The notes below the pieces were generated by a model. It ran no database searches and had not been told where the DNA came from. It saw only the letters and a program-made list of their open reading frames with translations. From contig CAYUCS010000001.1 in assembly GCA_964443495.1 (NCBI GenBank), forward strand, positions 213,496-277,495: 64,000 nucleotides of DNA, read 5' to 3'. Source of the DNA: an uncultured Gammaproteobacteria bacterium (GTDB lineage Bacteria > Patescibacteriota > Patescibacteriia > Patescibacteriales > GWE2-39-37). The position numbers and the translations under genes are program-made. Positions 56,282-63,874 of the stretch are shown in pieces (position 1 is the first letter of the stretch; every line of letters starts with the position of its first letter).

Positions 56282-57039
56282 TGAAATTTTCAATTTTCAA
56301 TTTTCAATTTTCAATTGGCCAAGGGTTATTGTTGATGTTTTTAGGTATGGTTTTGTCCGGTTGCCAGCTGCCGTTTGCTGACAAGACGCCGGAGCGCCCT
56401 GAGGTGCTGATTGCGCAGGAGTGCGGTATGGACGGCCTCAAATGCTGCTTGACCGAACCGGCTTGTTCTTACGGCCAGAAATGCTGTACCGATCCGGCTG
56501 ATCCGAGCCGCAACCGCTGCGCTGACGAGTGCGGCTGTGGCGGCCAGGAAGAGTTCTGCTGCGTTGACGGGCCCAAGTGCAAGGCCGGGCTGTCGTGTCA
56601 GTCGGGCAATTGCCAGCTGTGCGGCATCGAGGGCAAGGCTTGCTGCACCGGCGATGACGGTAATGTCCTGGCCGACGGTTTGGCTGGCTACAACCCGGCT
56701 TGCCCGGGCAAGGCGGCCAGCTCGACCGCTTTGGCCTGTCAGAATGACACTTGCGTCGCCTGCGGCCTGCCGGGCAATCCTTGCTGCATTGTCGGAGACA
56801 AGTGCATGAGTCCGGCGACAGGCTTGGCCGAGTGCCTGGCTGGCACTTGCCGCCTGTGCGGCGTCAACGGCGAACCGGCCTGCCAAACCGAGCCGCGCTG
56901 CCAGTCAGGCCACTTGCTTAACAACGACGCTTGCCTGCCGTGCGGCCAGGCTAACCAGCCGTGCTGCCAGGATCAGCAAGGCCAGCAAATCTGCGATAGT
57001 AAAAAGAATCTGGTCTGCGAGTTGGGGTTTTGCAAGTAG
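56281..57039 (+). CDS. Cysteine-rich lipoprotein (~37 Cys in 252 aa) with six CxxCGxxGxxCC-type modules
   Basis: The ATG overlaps the giant gene's TGA (TGATG). Signal peptide MKFSIFNFQFSIGQGLLLMFLGMVLSG|C with lipobox LSGC. Modules: ECGMDGLKCC, ECGCGGQEEFCC, CQLCGIEGKACC, CVACGLPGNPCC, CRLCGVNGEPAC, CLPCGQANQPCC. Confidence 0.75.
   Translation: MKFSIFNFQFSIGQGLLLMFLGMVLSGCQLPFADKTPERPEVLIAQECGMDGLKCCLTEPACSYGQKCCTDPADPSRNRCADECGCGGQEEFCCVDGPKCKAGLSCQSGNCQLCGIEGKACCTGDDGNVLADGLAGYNPACPGKAASSTALACQNDTCVACGLPGNPCCIVGDKCMSPATGLAECLAGTCRLCGVNGEPACQTEPRCQSGHLLNNDACLPCGQANQPCCQDQQGQQICDSKKNLVCELGFCK
56285..56316 (+). repeat. Heptanucleotide tandem repeat (AATTTTC)x4.6 inside the lipoprotein signal-peptide codons
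   Basis: Units at 56285-91, 56292-98, 56299-305 and 56306-312, plus a partial aatt. The unit length is not divisible by 3. Confidence 0.85.
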
Positions 57040-57223
57040 ACCTCCGGATGGCTCGCACTGTGGATAACGAACCGCAGATTTGCCAAAGCACGAGTCGCGT
57101 TGCCTGACATGTCGGCGTGCAAAGAGTGGAATAAATAAATAAAAAGCTAATATTAAAATAAATTTCAGAGGTTAAGAAAAATCAGTTTAATGATTGCTTA
57201 ATCTCACTGAAAAAGAAAAATTA

Positions 57224-57232
57224 TGGTATAAT
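57224..57232 (+). promoter_or_regulatory. Extended -10 element TGGTATAAT upstream of the 57413 gene (implies a ~180-nt leader)
   Basis: Same 9-mer as at 40212 and 45400, in AT-rich surroundings. Confidence 0.45.
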
Positions 57233-57412
57233 AAATTTAATAACTATATTTTCATTCCCAATTCGCCGAAGTCGGAATAATTAATCTTAACATTTGTCGC
57301 GTTTGCCCCAGGTCCAATGGGGTTAAGGTCGAAAAACCCGGTAAATGTTATACGGACAAGGGCGAAGACGGAAAAAAGCACACGCTTATTAAACAATAAA
57401 AATATCATCCCC

Positions 57413-58435
57413 ATGCAAAAATTAAGAAAAATCGTAGCCTTCATGGCCATCGTCTCGTTGGTGGCTGTCAACGGCTTCGTTTCAACGGCAAATGCCGCAT
57501 CAATAACAAACGCCAGTGATCGCTTAAGCGATTCTGATGTTAGTGTTTCCGCAACGCATACCATTACATTTACAACAACGGTTCCTACTCCGACCAATGG
57601 ATATTTTCAGGTTGTGATTCCGGCTGCTTTTGGCAACATGGTTTCCCCAACTTGTCCTGGTGGCATGACTGCCTCAGTTATTGACACTGAAACGTCAAGA
57701 TGTATTTCTACCGCAGGCACAGCCTCGGGAACGTACACCATAGTGCTCACTGGTATTGCTAACCCAGCATCAGTTGGTAGTCAGATTATAAACTTAACCA
57801 ACAAGGATAATAGTAATAATCTGTTAGAATCTGCTACAATGATGGTTGCTATAGTTGATAATATTGACGTATCCGCCACCGTTGCCGCCACTTTGACTTT
57901 TGAAATCCGCCCTCTGGCTACTACGACCCCGATCAACGGCGCCACCACTACCGCTGCTTCGGCCACGACTTCGTTGGCCTTCGGCACGCTGCAGGTCGGC
58001 ACCTCGTCGATCATGGGCCAGGAACTTCGCGTAACTACCAACGCCGATAGCGGTTACACGGTGACCGTCGAACAGGATTCCAACCTGACCAGCGCTGGCG
58101 GCTCCGATATTGACGCTTTCGCCAACGGCGCCACCTCCACTCCTGCCGCTTGGGCAGCTCCGGCCGGTACCCTTGATTCAGAGGCTACCTATGGCCACTT
58201 CGGTTTGACGACCGATGATGCTACTGGCGGCGGCACCCAGGACTTTACCTCAAGCAAGTGGCGCGGTCTCGATAATAACGTCCCAGTGGCCGTGATGTAC
58301 CACAACGGCCCGGCTGACGGCTCGACCCAGGACAAGGGTATGGCCAAGGTCGCTTACCGCATCCAGATCTCGGCACTGCAAGAAGCCGGTGATTACACCA
58401 GTGTTCTGACCTACATCGCCACCCCAGTTTACTAA
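57413..58435 (+). CDS. Secreted protein: N-terminal Ig-like domain plus a C-terminal WxL-like domain (Tyr replaces Trp)
   Basis: ATG 57413 gives signal peptide MQKLRKIVAFMAIVSLVAVNGFVSTANA; the track start at 57317 has no support. The C-terminal ~190 aa align with the giant's C-terminus: FG.L..G.S, TN..SGY...V.Q, FG..T.DD, YRI..S..Q.GDY.....YI..P.Y. Confidence 0.8.
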   Translation: MQKLRKIVAFMAIVSLVAVNGFVSTANAASITNASDRLSDSDVSVSATHTITFTTTVPTPTNGYFQVVIPAAFGNMVSPTCPGGMTASVIDTETSRCISTAGTASGTYTIVLTGIANPASVGSQIINLTNKDNSNNLLESATMMVAIVDNIDVSATVAATLTFEIRPLATTTPINGATTTAASATTSLAFGTLQVGTSSIMGQELRVTTNADSGYTVTVEQDSNLTSAGGSDIDAFANGATSTPAAWAAPAGTLDSEATYGHFGLTTDDATGGGTQDFTSSKWRGLDNNVPVAVMYHNGPADGSTQDKGMAKVAYRIQISALQEAGDYTSVLTYIATPVY

Positions 58436-58458
58436 ACGAAAACAGTCCGTACATAAAA

Positions 58459-58487
58459 AGAGGCGCCTAGCATGGGGCGCCTCTTTT
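58459..58487 (+). terminator. Rho-independent terminator after the WxL-like gene
   Basis: agaggcgcc/ggcgcctct 9-bp stem, 8-nt loop, TTTT. Confidence 0.8.
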
Positions 58488-58534
58488 GTTTGTGATGACG
58501 CCAATAATAAGGGAAAAATCTCTCGGATTTTCCT

Positions 58535-58563
58535 TTGTCAAAGGACGTAAAAATTGCTATAAT
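58535..58563 (+). promoter_or_regulatory. Promoter of the three-paralog operon (TTGTCA - 17 nt - TGCTATAAT)
   Basis: -35 at 58535-58540 and extended -10 at 58555-58563. Confidence 0.65.
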
Positions 58564-58647
58564 TTTATCAAATAGGCAGCTATTATTTTTATAATTGGCC
58601 GCCCCACATCAAGGAGTTTTTTATTCAATATTGGCAGAAATTTTTTT

Positions 58648-59772
58648 ATGAAGAAAACGAGCATTCTTGGCCGCTTGGCCGGCCTGATATCATTGGCGTC
58701 ATTGGTCATCATGACTATGGCCATGCCGCAGAAAACTTTGGCGGCCGAAGCCATTATGTTGAGCCCGTCGCGGGTGGAAGAATTGGTTTCGCCAGGGCAG
58801 GTGATAACCAAGACCATCAAGGTGACTAACAATTCGGAGTCACCGAAGAAAATCTACGCCTATCTGCGTGATTTCACCGCCGAGGGCGAGGAGGGCAAGC
58901 CTCGCTTGATCGTCCCGGGTACGGAACAGGGTTCATTCTTGTCATCTTGGATCGCGATCACTTCCGAGGGTGTGGATATTTCCGCGGGAGGCGATGCGGA
59001 GTTCGCTTACACCGTGACCGTGCCGCAGAATGCCGGCCCGGGCGGCTATTACGGCGCCATCATATTCGGCACCCGGGCGCCTGACGTCAAGATCGACTCG
59101 GTTGAAAAAGGCGCGGCTATCGGCGTGGCCCAGCAGGCCGGCTCACTGATTCTCTTGCAGATTCCTGGCGATGCCAACGAGACCGCGTCAATTCGCGATT
59201 TCATCACCGACAAGGAGTTTTACAGTACGCCCTTCAACGTCAATTTTACAGCCAGGATTCAGAACCAGGGCAATGTCCACATCAAGCCGCGCGGCACGAT
59301 TGAAATCACCAACATGCTTGGCAACAAAGTCGCTAACGTCCGGGTCAACGATACCGGTTCGAACATTCTGCCTAACAGTACTCGACGCTACGAGATGCCA
59401 TGGAGCGGTGATTTCGGCTTCGGCAAGTACAAGGCCCAGCTAGCCTTGACCTATGGCACATCGGCTGAGCAGGGAGGTAACGGCATGCAATCGCTGACCT
59501 CGATCAAATATTTCTGGATTTTCCCGTGGAAGATTATCGGCATCGTCGTTTCGAGTATCGCTTTCGTCATCGCCGCCATCTTTGTCTTCCTGAAGATTTA
59601 CAAGAACAAGGCGATCGAGAGCGCCATGAGTGAGATGGGGGTCGGCAGCGAATACTACGTCAAGAAGACTCAAGGCGGCTCGCCGGCTTTGCATCTTGGG
59701 CTGACCCTGGCGATACTTTTGGCGGTCGTCTTCCTGCTGGCAGCCGTGACTTATTTCCTGTTCTTCGCCTAA
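58648..59772 (+). CDS. DUF916/DUF3324-like cell-surface protein, paralog 1 (signal peptide, two beta-sandwich domains, C-terminal TM anchors)
   Basis: PGQVITKTIKVTNNSESPKKIYAYLRDF...SWIAI.....ISAGG.AEF.YTV.VPQNAGPGGYYGAIIF, then ...IQNQGNVHIKPRGTIEITN..G..V.....N..G..ILPNSTRRYE..W....GFGKYKA.L.L.YG, then FWIFPW + TM + KIYKNK. Confidence 0.75.
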   Translation: MKKTSILGRLAGLISLASLVIMTMAMPQKTLAAEAIMLSPSRVEELVSPGQVITKTIKVTNNSESPKKIYAYLRDFTAEGEEGKPRLIVPGTEQGSFLSSWIAITSEGVDISAGGDAEFAYTVTVPQNAGPGGYYGAIIFGTRAPDVKIDSVEKGAAIGVAQQAGSLILLQIPGDANETASIRDFITDKEFYSTPFNVNFTARIQNQGNVHIKPRGTIEITNMLGNKVANVRVNDTGSNILPNSTRRYEMPWSGDFGFGKYKAQLALTYGTSAEQGGNGMQSLTSIKYFWIFPWKIIGIVVSSIAFVIAAIFVFLKIYKNKAIESAMSEMGVGSEYYVKKTQGGSPALHLGLTLAILLAVVFLLAAVTYFLFFA

Positions 59773-59793
59773 TCAAAAAAGCAAACGGTAATA

Positions 59794-60777
59794 ATGAAAA
59801 ATTCCGGAAAAATATCCTTGTCTTTAGCGCTGGCCCTGATGATCGGCTGGCATGGCATCGGCACTGCCCAGGCGCAGACCATAGCCGCCGACGTGACGAT
59901 AACGCCGAGCATCATCGATGAGCAGGCGGAGGCCAAGGAAATCATCGAACGCACAGTCAAATTGAAGAATAATACCGCCGCCAAACTCGAACTCTATCCC
60001 ACGGTCAATGACGTCAAGCAGGACGAGGGTAAACAGGAGTTCGTCGATCCGAGCAACCTGGATCGCGCCACTTCGCTGGCCCGTTGGATCGAGATCCGGC
60101 GCGGAGTCGTCGAACTGAATCCTGGACAGGAAGTAGAGCTGCCGCTGAAGATCACTGTCAATATGAACGCCACGCCGGGCAAGTATTTCGCCGCCATCAC
60201 CTTTCCCAACGGTTCCAATCGTTCCGAGGCCGAAGCGCAAGGCGGCCAGCCGCAGATGATGATCAGTATCGAGGTGAGGGAGCATGCGGTCGAGAAAGCG
60301 GAAAATTTCGTCTTTTCGACGGAGAAATCGGTGAATTTCAACAATCAGGTCAAGTTCCTGATCGGGTTGAAGAATATCGGCAACAAGGAGATTTACCCCA
60401 AGGGATCGGTCATCATCTATGATCGGCGAGAGCGGGAGGTCGAGGTCATTGACGTGAATTATAACCAGCAGATCGTCAAGCCGGGCGAGAACCCGCAGTT
60501 CGAGCCGACCTGGTCGGCCGGCAAGCGGATGGGCAAGTTCAAAGCCAAGCTGGAGGTCGAATACGGCAAGTCAGGCGACCGCAACATCCAGGACACTATC
60601 TATTTCTGGATCCTGCCTTGGTGGCTCCTGGCCATGATCTGCCTCTTGGTCCTGCTGCTGATCACAAGCGTTTGGCTCCTTTACGCCCGCATCAAGCACC
60701 ACAGCCGCATCATCCAGTCAGCCCAGGAAGAAGCGAAATCACCGATAATAAATTTAAAAAATAGGCCAAGGCATTAA
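59794..60777 (+). CDS. DUF916/DUF3324-like cell-surface protein, paralog 2
   Basis: Same architecture: KLKNNTAAKLELYP, ARWIEI, TPGKYFAAITF, LKNIGNKEIYPKGSVIIYD, KPGENPQFEPTWS, MGKFKAKLEVEYG, FWILPWW + TM + RIKHH. Confidence 0.75.
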   Translation: MKNSGKISLSLALALMIGWHGIGTAQAQTIAADVTITPSIIDEQAEAKEIIERTVKLKNNTAAKLELYPTVNDVKQDEGKQEFVDPSNLDRATSLARWIEIRRGVVELNPGQEVELPLKITVNMNATPGKYFAAITFPNGSNRSEAEAQGGQPQMMISIEVREHAVEKAENFVFSTEKSVNFNNQVKFLIGLKNIGNKEIYPKGSVIIYDRREREVEVIDVNYNQQIVKPGENPQFEPTWSAGKRMGKFKAKLEVEYGKSGDRNIQDTIYFWILPWWLLAMICLLVLLLITSVWLLYARIKHHSRIIQSAQEEAKSPIINLKNRPRH

Positions 60778-60782
60778 TAATT

Positions 60783-62519
60783 ATGAAACCCAGTCCTAAG
60801 ACAAAAATAATCGTTTCACTGGCTTTGGCCGCGATTTTCAGCGGCTTTTTAGGCGGTCAGGCGTCTGCCCAGCAGGACAGCTCGATGATACTTTCCATCA
60901 CGCCGCCGCTCTTCAAGGTGAATATGAAGCCGGGCGAGACTTGGTCCAGCGTGGTCAAAGTCGTGAATAATAACGCTTATCCCGTTACCGTCTATACGCA
61001 GGTGGCTGATTTCAAGTCCGGTGAGGCTGGCGGAGTGGAGTTCGTCAAGAGCGAACCGGACGCCGCCGGCAAGGGCTACACCTTGAGCCAGTGGCTGGAA
61101 ATAACTTCCGAGCCGGTAGAAATCAGCGCTTTTGGCAGCAAGGATGTGCCTTTCAAGGTCATGCTGCCGCAGACCGCCGATCCGGGAGGACATTATGCCG
61201 CCATCTTGGTCGGCAACAAGCCGATCGACAACACCACGGGCAGCGTGGTCAAGATATCTTCCAAGCTGGCTTCGCTGCTTTTGGTGCGAGTGGCTGGCGA
61301 AGTGGTGGAAAAAGGCGACGTACGCGAATTCTCGACCAGCAAGGACTTCGCCAAGAAGACCGAGGCTGATTTCACGGTCCGTTTCGTCAACAAGGGCAAT
61401 GTTCATCTGCGGCCAGAGGGCGAGGTCAAGATTACCAACATGTTCGGCCAGACCCGCGGCGTGATTTCGATCAACAAGAAATCTGAATTCGGCAATGTCC
61501 TGCCAGAAAGCGAGAAGAAATGGGAGTTCAACTGGAAGGGTGAGAGTAGCATCTGGGACGCCGGGCGCATGCAGGCCGAACTTTTCTTGAGCTACGGCGA
61601 AGAAGGCAAGCAATCCGAAGTCCGGAAAATAAATTTCTGGGTGGTCAATCTCAAGCCGACCTTGATCGTCCTTGGCAGCCTGCTGCTTGTCGTTTTACTG
61701 TTCATTTTCTTCGTCAGGCGCTTCATCAAGAAGAGCATCAGCAAGGCTAGGATGGAGGCTGATGCATTGGCCGGGCGATTGGGGCGCACGGCGCCGGCCG
61801 TCGAGCGGCCAACTGCGTCCGTCAAGGCGCCGGCCGGCAAGATGGATGGCGTGGTCGTCAATCTGCGTGATGCTGGTTCTAATTCTAATAATTTAAATAA
61901 TAAAACAACCAAACTTATGAACTGGAGTTTCTTAAAGAATGTTCTGCTCTTTATCGTCGTCGCCTTAATCGTGGTAGCCGGCGCCTTCTTCTACAGTCAG
62001 TACAAGAAGAACTCGTCAGGCAGCGCCACTGAGGACAATGCGCCCAAGAGCACTGGCGTGACAGTGATCAATAACGGCGCCACTTCATCCGCCCAGGCCG
62101 TCGAGACGGTCGATGAGACAGCTACGACGACCGCCACTTCGACCGAGGCTGTCGCCACTTCTACGGATGCTATGGCCACTTCGACCGAGGCTGTCGCCAC
62201 TTCGACTGCCACTACCACGGCTGAGGCTTTGCCTAATGCTTTAGACAAAAAGGATGTCAAGCTTAACATACTGAACGGCAGCGGCGTGACCGGGGTGAGC
62301 GGCAAGGCCGCCAAGATCATTGAGGATGCCGGCTATGTCGTGGCCTCGAAGGGTAATGCGGCTAACTTCAACTTCGCTGTGACTGAAATTACTTACGGTC
62401 CGGATGTTGCAGACAATGCGCTGGCCATCGACCAGCTTGTTGGCGGCGATAGCAAATTGACCGAAGACCCGGCTGCTAGCGGCAAGATAACCGTCACTCT
62501 GGGTAAGAATTTCAAATAA
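60783..62519 (+). CDS. DUF916/DUF3324-like cell-surface protein, paralog 3, extended by a second TM, a Thr/Ala/Ser-rich linker and a C-terminal LytR_C-like domain
   Basis: PGETWSSVVKVVNNNAYPVTVYTQVADF, SQWLEI, DPGGHYAAILVG, FVNKGNVHLRPEGEVKITN, LPESEKKWEFNW, FWVVNL + TM. The C-terminus VKLNILNGSGVTGVSGKAAKIIEDAGYVV...ITVTLGKNF matches the LytR_C pattern. Confidence 0.75.
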   Translation: MKPSPKTKIIVSLALAAIFSGFLGGQASAQQDSSMILSITPPLFKVNMKPGETWSSVVKVVNNNAYPVTVYTQVADFKSGEAGGVEFVKSEPDAAGKGYTLSQWLEITSEPVEISAFGSKDVPFKVMLPQTADPGGHYAAILVGNKPIDNTTGSVVKISSKLASLLLVRVAGEVVEKGDVREFSTSKDFAKKTEADFTVRFVNKGNVHLRPEGEVKITNMFGQTRGVISINKKSEFGNVLPESEKKWEFNWKGESSIWDAGRMQAELFLSYGEEGKQSEVRKINFWVVNLKPTLIVLGSLLLVVLLFIFFVRRFIKKSISKARMEADALAGRLGRTAPAVERPTASVKAPAGKMDGVVVNLRDAGSNSNNLNNKTTKLMNWSFLKNVLLFIVVALIVVAGAFFYSQYKKNSSGSATEDNAPKSTGVTVINNGATSSAQAVETVDETATTTATSTEAVATSTDAMATSTEAVATSTATTTAEALPNALDKKDVKLNILNGSGVTGVSGKAAKIIEDAGYVVASKGNAANFNFAVTEITYGPDVADNALAIDQLVGGDSKLTEDPAASGKITVTLGKNFK

Positions 62520-62560
62520 GCCGTCTTCTGTGATCGTAGGATATTAATCTCCGACCACGC

Positions 62561-62579
62561 AAAAAGCCTAGGCTTTTTT
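62561..62579 (+). terminator. Short palindromic terminator (aaaaagcc-ta-ggcttttt)
   Basis: Perfect palindrome with flanking A/T runs after the paralog-3 stop. Confidence 0.5.
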
Positions 62580-62602
62580 AATCGGCCTGCGGGCCCAGGT
62601 CT

Positions 62603-63451
62603 ATGGACCGGACAATCAACTTAAAATCGAAGCAGCGTTCGTCCTGGCTAGGCACCAGGGAGATTGTCGTGGTCATCTCGTCGATAGTCTTGACCACTGT
62701 GGGCATCAAAGCGGCTGATAATTTCATGAATACCGGCGGCGAACAGGGAAGCGGTGCCTGTCCTGCGGACATGGTCCAGGTCTTGTCATCCGGCGGCAGT
62801 TTCTGCATCGATAAGTACGAGTCATCAGCCGGTCCGGATTGCCCTCACGCCAGCCCAACGACCCAAGCCGAGACCAGAAATAATTTGGATAACGTCAATT
62901 GCCGGGCGGTGTCGGCCAAGGGCGCCTTGCCTTGGCGCAATATTTCCCAGAACCAAGCCGCTTCGGCCTGCGCCAAAGCGGGCAAGCGCCTGCCGACCAA
63001 CAAGGAGTGGTTCCAGGCCGCCATGGGCACGCCTGATCCGGAGACCGGCTGGGGGGCTGACGATTGCAATGTCAGCAAAAATTGGGGCAGCCAGCCCGGA
63101 CAGACCGGCTCGGGCGGCAAGTGCGTTTCAGCGGCCGGTGCCAGCGATATGGTCGGCAATGTCTGGGAGTGGGTCCAGGGCACTATCTATAACGGCGAAT
63201 ACGAGAACAGGGCTCTGCCTAAACAGGGCTATGTCGCCGCCATGGATGAGAATTCTTTGCCGAGCGAAACGGCCGAGTCGGCCGACCCGAATTATGATGA
63301 GGATTATCTTTATATCAAGAACAGCGGCACGCGTGGCATCGCTCGCGGCGGCTACTGGGACAACAAGATGGAAGCGGGCGTCAATTCCGCTTATATGGTC
63401 TCTTCACCTTCGTTCGCCGGCGATGGCATCGGCTTCCGTTGCGTGAAGTGA
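62603..63451 (+). CDS. Membrane-anchored FGE-sulfatase (SUMF1/formylglycine-generating-enzyme-like) domain protein
   Basis: TM IVVVISSIVLTTVGI. Motifs FCIDKYE, ALPWRNISQNQAASACAKAGKRLPTNKEW, DMVGNVWEWV, RGGYW, GIGFRCV. Confidence 0.8.
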   Translation: MDRTINLKSKQRSSWLGTREIVVVISSIVLTTVGIKAADNFMNTGGEQGSGACPADMVQVLSSGGSFCIDKYESSAGPDCPHASPTTQAETRNNLDNVNCRAVSAKGALPWRNISQNQAASACAKAGKRLPTNKEWFQAAMGTPDPETGWGADDCNVSKNWGSQPGQTGSGGKCVSAAGASDMVGNVWEWVQGTIYNGEYENRALPKQGYVAAMDENSLPSETAESADPNYDEDYLYIKNSGTRGIARGGYWDNKMEAGVNSAYMVSSPSFAGDGIGFRCVK

Positions 63452-63470
63452 CCGGTTTAATCAAGGAGGA

Positions 63471-63872
63471 ATGATGGATTTCGAGCATTCGACAATCGAA
63501 CGGGCGATCCTGCCCGGCCGGGCGCCCAGAAGAGTGCAAATCGGTCTTTTAGGCTTGTTTTGCGCTGCCGTCTTGGCCAGCTGCCCGATATTTCCAGGTA
63601 CGGCAGGCGCCGTCACCAATGTTTCGATGAGCGTCGAGGAGAATCCTTATAACAAAGTAGCGGCTCAGCTGCAGCAGAAGGAGAAGGATATTTCTGAACG
63701 GGAGAGCTTGCTGAACAAGTATGAAAAAGAGCTTCAACGGAGCAATATGACTCTGGCGCTTTTTGTCTTGATCCTGTTCTTACTGATTATGCTCAATTAT
63801 TATCTGGATTATCACCGCAAGAAGCTGGATGAAGAGAAGCGTCCTGATAATGTCAGGTATTTAAAGCTGTGA
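63471..63872 (+). CDS. Small bitopic membrane protein with a coiled-coil segment
   Basis: SD AAGGAGGA upstream. Hydrophobic segments IGLLGLFCAAVLASCPIF and LALFVLILFLLIMLNYY flank QLQQKEKDISERESLLNKYEKELQ. Confidence 0.55.
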   Translation: MMDFEHSTIERAILPGRAPRRVQIGLLGLFCAAVLASCPIFPGTAGAVTNVSMSVEENPYNKVAAQLQQKEKDISERESLLNKYEKELQRSNMTLALFVLILFLLIMLNYYLDYHRKKLDEEKRPDNVRYLKL

Positions 63873-63874
63873 GT

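Noticed and set aside
57233-57412. The ~180-nt leader of the WxL-like gene considered as a riboswitch or structured regulatory RNA (small stem ccccA..Tgggg at ~57305-57325).
   Set aside because: I could not recognise any known riboswitch core or a convincing terminator/antiterminator pair. It is only worth revisiting with covariation data.
57413-62519. Interpretation of the WxL-like protein plus three paralogs as a chaperone-usher (SCPU/Csu-type) pilus system.
   Set aside because: The terminal ..aGDYt..(l/v).Y(i).(t/v)P.Y motif also resembles the SCPU pilin C-terminus. However, there is no usher-sized beta-barrel gene. The three paralogs carry C-terminal TM anchors and a DUF916/DUF3324-like motif layout rather than PapD-like features, and nothing else suggests an outer membrane. 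I keep it as the main alternative to test.
62754-63446. A 230-aa ORF overlapping the FGE-domain gene in a second frame.
   Set aside because: The 62603..63451 frame carries unmistakable FGE-sulfatase motifs. The alternative frame is Arg/Ala/Ser-rich with no motif.
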